A DNA stretch of 32,989 bases from Bacteroidaceae bacterium (lineage in GTDB: Bacteria; Bacteroidota; Bacteroidia; Bacteroidales; Bacteroidaceae): contig JBJFDX010000107.1 of the NCBI GenBank assembly GCA_051890235.1, positions 1 through 32,989 on the forward strand, read 5' to 3'. Each line of letters begins with the position of its first letter. The stretch's first letter is position 1. The notes under the pieces were generated by a model. That model did no database searches. It was not told the DNA's origin and worked only from the letters and a program-made list of their open reading frames with translations. A program made the translations under genes and the position numbers. Shown here piece by piece: positions 25,936 to 32,989 of this stretch.

Positions 25936-28155
25936 ATGGAAATGAAGAAATTAGCCCTTCTTGCCGTTACAGTTCTGGCCTTGCATGTGACCGAGGCCTA
26001 TGCCCAGTTGCCCACACTATCCCCCAAACCTCAGAAAGTCTCATGGGGGGAGATAGCCTTCACCCATGATACCCCTCTGTATGTAGAAGGAGCTGAGCAT
26101 GCCGATGCTGACGCCATGGCTCTTCTCAACGAGCATCTGGCTGACCAGTTCACACCATCGGCTCAGAAAGCCGTTCGCCTGCTCATAGGCGAGGCTGGCG
26201 ACAAGGCAGTGAAGCCCTTCAGAAAGATGATTCCTGCTCAGGCCGAGGGATATTACCTAAGTATAGAGCCAGGGCAAGTGGTTATTGCCGGCAGGGATGG
26301 CGCAGGCACGTATTATGGTGTGCAGACCTTTCTCAGCATCTGTCGGCAACAGCAGGTCATGAGTTGCCGCATAGAGGATTGGCCAAGTGTGGCTTGCCGA
26401 GGAGTTATCGAGGGATTCTATGGCAACCCCTGGAGCCATAGGGATCGCATACGACAGTTTGAGTTCTACGGACAGAACAAACTCAATATCTACGTTTACG
26501 GTCCCAAGGATGATCCCTATCATCGTGCCCATTGGCGTGACCCTTACCCTAAGGAGGAGGCCGACAGACTAAGCGAACTCGTGACAGAGGCTCATCGCCA
26601 CAAGGTGCAGTTCGTATGGGCCGTGCACCCCGGTGGCGACATCCAGTGGAACCTGCAGGACTCCATGGCTGTGTGCCAAAAACTGGAATGGATGTATGAC
26701 CTGGGCGTTCGTTCCTTTGCCGTCTTCTTCGATGATATATGGGGTGAGGGAAGCAAAGCCGACAAGCAGGCAGGACTGCTCAACTACGTTACCGACAAGT
26801 TTGTACGCAAGCACCCCGACGTGATGCCTCTCATCATGTGCCCCACCCAGTATAACAAGGCATGGAGTGGCGGAGATTATCTGAGCACGCTGGGCACACG
26901 CATGTATCCCGAGGTGAGGGTCATGTGGACCGGCAACAGCGTAGTGGACATGATAGAGCGCGACGATATGGAGTGGATCAACCAACAACTGGGCCGCAAA
27001 GCCTTTATCTGGCTCAACTACCCCGTAAACGATTACTGCCAAAGCCGCATGCTCATGGGTAAAACGTATGGAAACGGGCTGGACATCAACGAGATGGTGA
27101 GCGGTTTCTGCTCCAATCCCATGGAGTATGCCGAGGCATCGAAGGTGAGCCTCTACAGCATAGCCGACTACACATGGAACATGCCCAGCTATGACGCCAC
27201 CCGCAGTTGGCAACAAGCCATAAAGGCACTCATGCCCTCTGCTCCCGAGCCTTTCAGATGGTTCTGCGAGAACAATGTGGACCTGGGCAAGACTGGGCAT
27301 GGCCTGCGCCGCGAGGGAGAGAGTCCCCTCTTCCCCCAAGGCAAGGAAGCAGGATGGAAACCCTATGAGGAGTTCTTCCGGAAGCAGGTATCCGAGGCAT
27401 CACTCCTATTGGCCGACAGCATCAATAGTCCCGAGATGCTCAACGAAATCAAGCCTTGGGTGGAGAGTATGCGCCTGCAGGGTCTGCGCGGACTCACCAT
27501 CACACGCATGGCCCAGGCTCTGGAGGCCGATGACAGCATCCTTTTCATAAACCTCTACCGTACTCAGCAAACCATCGAACAGGCACAGAAAGGGATTGTA
27601 AGCCGCAACTGGGAAGGAAGTGTGGTAAAGGCAAAGCCCGTGGTGGGAGGTACCATCATAACGCCCTGGATGGAGAGTCAGTTGGCTCAGAGCATCAAGG
27701 CATATAAGAAGCATCACACCTACGGACGCGAGATCTTCCCCGTACAGGTGGTTGAGGATGGACAGTACACCATCATGGTAGGGGACGCCTATCTGACTGA
27801 CGCACAGGCGTCCACCGACCGCACAGGGGATTATCCTGTGATGCAGGCTTCACGGGACAGCATCAACCCTCAGCGCCAGCAATGGAACGTGGAACTGGAC
27901 ATCACCACAGGTCGTTACAAGATAAGCAACGTGCAGGATGGCAGATATGTCAACGAGAACGGAGCCTTCTGGGCCAACAAAGAACTAAACCCCTATGACC
28001 CCGAGTGGCACACCTTCATCCTCACCCGTCAGGCCGATGGCATCTTTACCATCCAATGTGGCGGAAAGGCAGGCAAGGGATACTGGCAGGTGGAGGGTAA
28101 CCGGGTGCGTAATGCCCAGCAGGGAACGTCGTTCCGCCTCACTCCGGTACGTTGA
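25936..28155 (+). CDS. GH84 beta-N-acetylglucosaminidase (O-GlcNAcase, BT_4395-like) with a C-terminal lectin/CBM-like domain
   Basis: 739-aa ORF with a signal peptide. It carries CRGVIEGFYGNPWSHRDRIRQFEFYGQNKLNIYVYGPKDDPYH, the catalytic FFDDI pair and NYPVNDY. It starts 6 nt after the previous stop. Confidence 0.9.
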   Translation: MEMKKLALLAVTVLALHVTEAYAQLPTLSPKPQKVSWGEIAFTHDTPLYVEGAEHADADAMALLNEHLADQFTPSAQKAVRLLIGEAGDKAVKPFRKMIPAQAEGYYLSIEPGQVVIAGRDGAGTYYGVQTFLSICRQQQVMSCRIEDWPSVACRGVIEGFYGNPWSHRDRIRQFEFYGQNKLNIYVYGPKDDPYHRAHWRDPYPKEEADRLSELVTEAHRHKVQFVWAVHPGGDIQWNLQDSMAVCQKLEWMYDLGVRSFAVFFDDIWGEGSKADKQAGLLNYVTDKFVRKHPDVMPLIMCPTQYNKAWSGGDYLSTLGTRMYPEVRVMWTGNSVVDMIERDDMEWINQQLGRKAFIWLNYPVNDYCQSRMLMGKTYGNGLDINEMVSGFCSNPMEYAEASKVSLYSIADYTWNMPSYDATRSWQQAIKALMPSAPEPFRWFCENNVDLGKTGHGLRREGESPLFPQGKEAGWKPYEEFFRKQVSEASLLLADSINSPEMLNEIKPWVESMRLQGLRGLTITRMAQALEADDSILFINLYRTQQTIEQAQKGIVSRNWEGSVVKAKPVVGGTIITPWMESQLAQSIKAYKKHHTYGREIFPVQVVEDGQYTIMVGDAYLTDAQASTDRTGDYPVMQASRDSINPQRQQWNVELDITTGRYKISNVQDGRYVNENGAFWANKELNPYDPEWHTFILTRQADGIFTIQCGGKAGKGYWQVEGNRVRNAQQGTSFRLTPVR

Positions 28156-28214
28156 TTATCGGCCTCAGAAAGCACAGAGCAGAGGAAAACTTTGCTCAAG
28201 AGCGGGGAAAAGAG

Positions 28215-28222
28215 TAATTTTG
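28215..28222 (+). promoter_or_regulatory. Candidate -7 promoter box TAATTTTG for pepC
   Basis: TAnnTTTG match. It is only 10 nt before the ATG at 28233 and 25 nt before the ATG at 28248, which favours the downstream start. Confidence 0.4.
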
Positions 28223-28247
28223 CACCAATAAAATGCATGTTTTAGAT

Positions 28248-29642
28248 ATGAGAAAGTGGATATTGTGCGCATTTGCACTTGCATGCGGAGTGTACTCCCA
28301 TGCACAGACAGGCATCACCGAGGATGTCCTGAAGAGTCTTGAAGGCAGTTATACCGACACGCCCACCGACAAGGCCTTAAGGAACGCCATGGGGGCCACG
28401 AGCATTCAGAAACTGACGCTCAACCAGGACAACCGCTATGCCAAGGATACACATTTCAGCACAGAGATAAAGAACAGCGGCATCAGCGACCAGCAGAGCA
28501 GCGGCCGTTGCTGGCTCTTCACAGGCACCAACGTGCTCCGCAACCGTGCCATGCGCACGCTGGGGGTAAATGATTTCTTCTTCAGTCAGGTTTACCTCTT
28601 CTTCTTCGACCAGTTGGAGAAGAGCAACCTCTTCCTGCAAGGCGTGATTGATACGCGCAAGGAAGACTTGGACAGCCAGATGGTGAGATGGCTTTTTCAG
28701 AATCCCCTCTCGGATGGAGGTACCTACACGGGTGTGGCTGATCTGGTCACCAAGTATGGACTGGTACCTCAGGATGTGATGCCCGAGACATATGTGAGCA
28801 ACCTCACCTCGGAGTTCAACAGTTACCTCAAGCGTAAGTTGCGCGAGGCTGGCATTCTCCTGCGCGAGAAGAGTCAGCAAGGAGCCTCTGAAAAGGAACT
28901 GCAGGCCTTCAAGGTGGAGCAACTCAAGACCGTATATCGCATGCTGGTCATGGCCTATGGACAGCCTCCCAAATCATTCACCTGGGCACCACGCAAGGAC
29001 GGCAAGTGCATCTCCGAGCCCCAGACCTACACCCCTCAGGAGTTCTACCAGAAGGTGTGCGCCGCATCAGAGGACCTCTATGCCGATTACGTCATGCTGA
29101 TGAATGATCCCAGCCGACCCTATCATCAGGTGTATGAGATAGACTATGACCGACACCTCTACGATGGGCACAACTGGCTCTATCTGAACCTGCCCATGGA
29201 GGAACTCAAGCCCATGGCTATCGCCTCACTCAAGGACTCTTGCCAAATGTACTTCTCATGCGATGTGGGCAAGTATCTCGACCGTCAGACAGGATTCCTG
29301 GACCTGAACAACTATGAGTACGGCAACCTGTTTGGCACCACCTTCGGCATGAACAAGAAGCAGCGCATACAAAGCTTCGACAGCGGAAGCACACATGCCA
29401 TGACACTCATGGCCGTGGATCAGGACGAGCAGGGAAAGCCCGTGAAATGGAAGGTGGAGAACAGCTGGGGCAAGGCATCGGGTGCCGCAGGGTATCTCAT
29501 CATGACCGACGAGTGGTTTGACGAGTACATGTTCCGAGTGGTGGTCAACCGCAAATATTGCACTCCACAGGCTCTGGAACTTCTGAAGAAGAAGCCCGTG
29601 AAACTGCCCGCCTGGGACCCCATGTTTATGGGAGAGGAGTAA
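28248..29642 (+). CDS. pepC: Aminopeptidase C / bleomycin hydrolase family cysteine peptidase (C1B)
   Basis: The start MRKWILCAFALACGVYSHAQ is signal-like (alternative ATG at 28233). The active-site block is QQSSGRCWLFTGTNVLR. The C-terminal region is HAMTLMAVD...WKVENSWG. Confidence 0.85.
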   Translation: MRKWILCAFALACGVYSHAQTGITEDVLKSLEGSYTDTPTDKALRNAMGATSIQKLTLNQDNRYAKDTHFSTEIKNSGISDQQSSGRCWLFTGTNVLRNRAMRTLGVNDFFFSQVYLFFFDQLEKSNLFLQGVIDTRKEDLDSQMVRWLFQNPLSDGGTYTGVADLVTKYGLVPQDVMPETYVSNLTSEFNSYLKRKLREAGILLREKSQQGASEKELQAFKVEQLKTVYRMLVMAYGQPPKSFTWAPRKDGKCISEPQTYTPQEFYQKVCAASEDLYADYVMLMNDPSRPYHQVYEIDYDRHLYDGHNWLYLNLPMEELKPMAIASLKDSCQMYFSCDVGKYLDRQTGFLDLNNYEYGNLFGTTFGMNKKQRIQSFDSGSTHAMTLMAVDQDEQGKPVKWKVENSWGKASGAAGYLIMTDEWFDEYMFRVVVNRKYCTPQALELLKKKPVKLPAWDPMFMGEE

Positions 29643-29647
29643 AAACA

Positions 29648-29679
29648 GGTATCCCCCACCACCATGGGGGAACCTTTTT
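29648..29679 (+). terminator. Rho-independent terminator after pepC
   Basis: GGTATCCCCC-accaccat-GGGGGAACC hairpin (one bulged A) followed by TTTTT. It begins 6 nt after the stop at 29642. Confidence 0.6.
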
Positions 29680-29700
29680 CTGACACATTATATATAATAA

Positions 29701-30036
29701 ATGGAAACAACAAGACAGAATAAAATAGCCCGACTGATACAGAAGGAACTGAGTGACATGTTCCAGAAGCAGACCATGCACATGCGCGGCGTGCTGGTGA
29801 GCGTGAGCGTGTGCCGCATCAGTCCCGACATGAGCGTGTGCCGCGCTTACCTGAGTATCTTCCCCAGCGAGCGTGCCCAGGAGATTACGGAGAACATCAA
29901 CGCCAATCAGAAGCAGGTACGCTACGAACTGGGTACTCGACTGGGCAAACAGTTGCGCATCATACCCGAACTGAAGTTCTTTGTAGACGATTCGCTGGAC
30001 TATGCCCAGCATATCGACGAACTGCTGAAGAAGTAA
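29701..30036 (+). CDS. rbfA: Ribosome-binding factor A
   Basis: 111-aa ORF. METTRQNKIARLIQKELSDMF...VSVCRISPDMSVCRAYLSIF...RIIPELKFFVDDSLDY matches the RbfA KH-like pattern. Confidence 0.9.
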   Translation: METTRQNKIARLIQKELSDMFQKQTMHMRGVLVSVSVCRISPDMSVCRAYLSIFPSERAQEITENINANQKQVRYELGTRLGKQLRIIPELKFFVDDSLDYAQHIDELLKK

Positions 30037-30075
30037 GCCTCACACATCGGAGAGAGTACCCCTCAGTCTGTACCC

Positions 30076-31302
30076 ATGAACTATCGCCTGTTTATAGCCC
30101 GACGCTACCTGTTTAGCCGTAAGAGCCACCATGCCATCAACATCATCAGCGGCATATCGGTGGCAGGAGTGGCTATTGCCACCATGGCCATGGTGTGCAC
30201 CCTGAGCGTATTCAATGGGTTTCGCGACCTGGTATCAGGCCTCTTTACGGCATTCGACCCCGAACTGCGAGTCTCCCTGGTGGACGGGCAAACCATCCGT
30301 CAGGACCACAAGGCTCTGCAGCAGTTGCAAAACCATCCGTGGGTGAAGGTATACACGCCCGTCATGGAGGGGCAGGCTCTGGTGGTGCAGGACCGTCGCC
30401 AGCATGTGGTCACCATCATGGGCGTGGATGACAACTTCACCGAGCAGGCCCGCATCACGGACATTCTGTATGGCGACGGCACCTTTTGCCTGCATGCCGA
30501 TGTGCTCGAGTACGGAGTGTTGGGCATTCGTCTGGCCAGCCGTATGGGCCTTCCTGCCAACTTTCCCGACCCTCTGCAGGTCTATGCGCCCAAGCGTGGC
30601 GAACGGGTGAATATGGCCAACCCTCTCAGCTCCTTTAATCATGACGAGCTGAACAGCCCTGGAGTGGTATTCAACGTGCAACAGTCCCGTTATGACGAGA
30701 ACTATATCATCACCAGCCTGCCGTTTGCCCAGAAACTCTTCGACCAGAAGGGGCGCGTCACATCGGTGGAACTTCGCCTGCAAGACGGAGTGTCACTCCT
30801 GTCGGCCAAGAGGGAGTTTCAGTCCTTGCTGGGCGACCGCTTCCGGGTGGAAGACCGATATGAGCAGCAGGCCGACGTGTTTCGCATCATGCGCATAGAG
30901 AAACTCATCTCCTATGTGTTTCTCACCTTTATCCTCCTGATAGCCTGCTTCAACATCATCGGGTCCCTGTCGATGCTGATGATTGACAAGCGCGGCGATG
31001 TGCTCACCCTGCGCAGCCTGGGAGCCACCGATGCCCAGATATGTGACATCTTCCTGCTCGAGGGCCGCATGATCAGTCTGGCAGGTGCCTTTGTGGGCTT
31101 GCTGCTGGGCCTGCTGTTATGCTGGCTGCAACAGGAGTTCGGACTCATCACAATGGGCGACAGCTCGGGCAGTTTCATCGTGGAAGCCTACCCCGTGAGC
31201 GTGCATGTGGGCGACCTCCTGCTGGTCTTCTTCACCGTTCTGGTGGTGGGCTGGGTGGCCGTGTGGTGGCCCGTACGCTCGCTCTCCCGCCGACTTTTCT
31301 GA
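30076..31302 (+). CDS. FtsX-like ABC transporter permease (LolC/LolE family)
   Basis: 408-aa ORF. The N-terminus is FIARRYLFSRKSHHAINIISGISVAGVAIATMAMVCTLSVFNGF. A large periplasmic loop is followed by three C-terminal TM segments (FtsX domain). Confidence 0.85.
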   Translation: MNYRLFIARRYLFSRKSHHAINIISGISVAGVAIATMAMVCTLSVFNGFRDLVSGLFTAFDPELRVSLVDGQTIRQDHKALQQLQNHPWVKVYTPVMEGQALVVQDRRQHVVTIMGVDDNFTEQARITDILYGDGTFCLHADVLEYGVLGIRLASRMGLPANFPDPLQVYAPKRGERVNMANPLSSFNHDELNSPGVVFNVQQSRYDENYIITSLPFAQKLFDQKGRVTSVELRLQDGVSLLSAKREFQSLLGDRFRVEDRYEQQADVFRIMRIEKLISYVFLTFILLIACFNIIGSLSMLMIDKRGDVLTLRSLGATDAQICDIFLLEGRMISLAGAFVGLLLGLLLCWLQQEFGLITMGDSSGSFIVEAYPVSVHVGDLLLVFFTVLVVGWVAVWWPVRSLSRRLF

Positions 31303-31306
31303 TACC

Positions 31307-32521
31307 ATGGCCGACATCTTCCCTTATGCCCGACCGCTCTACGTGATGACCAAGCCTGCAGGACCCCTGTGCAACCTGCGCTGCCAATACTGTTACTATA
31401 CCGAGAAGCAGAAGCTCTTCGGACACGCCTCGTGCAGCATGACCCACAGCATGCTCGAGCAGTTCGTACAGCGATACATCGAGGTGCAGCAGTCCCCCGA
31501 CATCCTCTTCACCTGGCATGGGGGCGAACCGCTCCTGCGCCCGCTCTCCTTCTATCGGGATGCGGTGAGGCTGCAGCGATACTATGGCCGCGGACGCCGT
31601 ATCAGCAATTGCCTGCAGACCAACGGGCTCCTGCTCACACCCGAGTGGTGCCATTTTCTGGCACAGGAGCGATGGCTGGTGGGCATCAGTATCGACGGCA
31701 CTCAGGACATGCACGACGCCTATCGGAAAGATGCTTCAGGCAAGGGTACCTGGGAGCGTGTAATGCGGTCCATCCGGCTGCTCAACCAGTATGGGGTGGA
31801 ATGGAATGCCATGGCCACCGTACATCAGGCCAACGTGCATCAGGCACATGACTTCTATCACTTCTTCCGCCACCAACTGGGTGCCCGGTTTCTGCAGTTT
31901 ACGCCCGTGGTAGAGCGCGAGGCAGGCCATGCCGATGGCAGACATCTGGCTCACATGGCTCAGGACAACTGTCCTCTGGCTCCCTACAGCGTGCGTCCCG
32001 ACCAGTGGGGCTCATTCCTATGTGAACTCTTCGACGAATGGGTGCGGCACGACGTGGGGCAGATGTTTGTACAAATCTTCGATGCCACCCTGGCAGGATG
32101 GATGGGCGTGCCTCCAGGCGTGTGTGCCTATGCCGAGGAGTGCGGACATGCGCTGGTGATGGAGCACAACGGAGACCTCTACCCTTGCGATCATTTTGTG
32201 TTTCCCGAGTATCGCCTGGGCAACCTTCTGAGCGACGGACTTCCTCAGATGGCTTATGGCGCCCGGCAGGAGGCTTTCAGCCGTCTGAAGCCTGAGGGAC
32301 TGCCCACCCAATGCCGTTGTTGCCCCTGGCTGAAGGCCTGTCATGGCGAATGTCCCCGATTGCGGTTTGCACGTACGGCCGACGGCGAGCCTGGCCTCAA
32401 TTACCTGTGTGCAGGATATCAGCAATATTTCCAGCACGTGGCTCCCTATATGGACTTTATGCGTGACGAACTGCAGGCAGGGCGAAGTGCCGCAGGCGTG
32501 ATGCAGCATTTCTTTGGCTGA
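31307..32521 (+). CDS. Anaerobic sulfatase-maturating enzyme (radical SAM/SPASM, anSME)
   Basis: The start is trimmed to MADIFPYARPLYVMTKPAGPLCNLRCQYCYY (CxxxCxxC), giving 404 aa. C-terminal Cys clusters (CAYAEECGH..., CDHF, CRCCPWLKACHGECP) are typical of SPASM auxiliary clusters. It starts 4 nt after the permease stop. Confidence 0.85.
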   Translation: MADIFPYARPLYVMTKPAGPLCNLRCQYCYYTEKQKLFGHASCSMTHSMLEQFVQRYIEVQQSPDILFTWHGGEPLLRPLSFYRDAVRLQRYYGRGRRISNCLQTNGLLLTPEWCHFLAQERWLVGISIDGTQDMHDAYRKDASGKGTWERVMRSIRLLNQYGVEWNAMATVHQANVHQAHDFYHFFRHQLGARFLQFTPVVEREAGHADGRHLAHMAQDNCPLAPYSVRPDQWGSFLCELFDEWVRHDVGQMFVQIFDATLAGWMGVPPGVCAYAEECGHALVMEHNGDLYPCDHFVFPEYRLGNLLSDGLPQMAYGARQEAFSRLKPEGLPTQCRCCPWLKACHGECPRLRFARTADGEPGLNYLCAGYQQYFQHVAPYMDFMRDELQAGRSAAGVMQHFFG

Positions 32522-32989
32522 GCTCCTCCCGATGCTTCCATTCCCATCCGATGCTTTTCCTGCCTGCAGGATTATGCCCAAAAATACGTTGAGTTGAGGC
32601 AAAACAGTCATCATAATGGCCATCATGACCCACGTCTGCATCCAAAATTGCTTTGAGAAGAAGATTTCTGTATTTCGCAAATAGGGCCTTACAACGGGAA
32701 AAAGCATCGTTAAGAAGGTCTTTTTTCCGCTTTTTAGGCCTTAAAGAGCCATCATTTGATGCTTTCTGCGCCTTCCCGAAAAGGTGAAAGCAAGGGAATC
32801 AAGACTGTCATGATATTGTAATTCGCTGATATTCTGCTTAATAGGTGAAAAAATACTTGTAATATTCCTACTTCAATATCAAATATCAATTATATCAATT
32901 AGTTTTTGGATGGTCTCTACTTCCTCTTATATATACTATATATATATTATAATTAATTATATATTAATAAGTTATATACTCTATAGAGA

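Noticed and set aside
26569-27339. 256-aa minus-strand ORF inside the GH84 gene
   Set aside because: It is antisense to a very confidently recognised GH84 catalytic domain, so it is a shadow ORF.
31205-31306. 34-aa extension of the anSME ORF. Likewise 19476..19517 for queG and 28233..28247 for pepC.
   Set aside because: The anSME extension overlaps the upstream CDS in another frame, and so does most of the queG one (its last 23 nt still overlap at the favoured start). For pepC the reason is different: the -7 box sits only 10 nt before 28233. In each case the internal Met gives the canonical N-terminus (radical-SAM CxxxCxxC at residues 23-30, the QueG N-terminal block, or a signal peptide). 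I keep moderate uncertainty for queG and pepC.
32018-32707. 229-aa minus-strand ORF
   Set aside because: About 500 nt of it is antisense to the anSME gene. The remaining 60 codons have no supporting promoter or motif.
1-32989. Search for defence systems, mobile elements, integrases, tRNA/rRNA genes or prophage content
   Set aside because: No ORF showed nuclease, helicase, integrase, transposase or toxin-like motifs. No tRNA-like cloverleaf candidates or terminal inverted repeats were evident. The window is mostly core metabolism and glycan utilisation.

Overview
This 33 kb window reads as a chromosomal segment from a Bacteroidales (Prevotella-like) genome. The supporting signs are repeated TAnnTTTG -7 promoter boxes, no Shine-Dalgarno sites, a T9SS-type C-terminal tail on one protein, and Bacteroidetes-typical gene content. 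I call 19 CDSs. All are on the + strand except three.

(1) A very large minus-strand ORF of more than 1435 codons covers 1..4305. It is absent from the supplied ORF track because it runs off the left edge. It encodes a secreted, repeat-built surface protein.

(2) Two tandem GH43-type glycosidases follow. After them come serine acetyltransferase, a THUMP/SAM RNA methyltransferase with a 148-aa Arg/Asp/Glu-rich tail, an S9 DPP-IV-like peptidase and purD.

(3) A chain follows in which purD/membrane protein, DUF2723 (GT117)/CE4 deacetylase and (at the favoured queG start) CE4/queG overlap; a 110-nt gap with a promoter box precedes the DUF2723 gene. The queG-like gene seems to lack one ferredoxin Cys motif.

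(4) A 515-nt gene-free gap lies between convergent genes. It contains five exactly phased 22-bp tandem repeats, each carrying a CAAACGTTTG (LacI/PurR-box-like) palindrome.

(5) An AraC regulator is divergent from a tryptophanase-family lyase.

(6) A ThiD-like domain with eroded kinase motifs is fused to an AraC HTH. This gene is divergent from an operon encoding a signal-peptide nucleoside-hydrolase-fold protein and a GH84 O-GlcNAcase.

(7) The window ends with pepC, rbfA, a LolE/FtsX-type permease and an anaerobic sulfatase-maturating radical-SAM enzyme.

I found no tRNA or rRNA genes, CRISPR array, transposase or recognisable defence system. The most unusual items are the 22-bp palindrome array, the giant bookended surface protein and the pseudokinase-AraC fusion. 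All family assignments come from motif recognition by eye. No database search was run.
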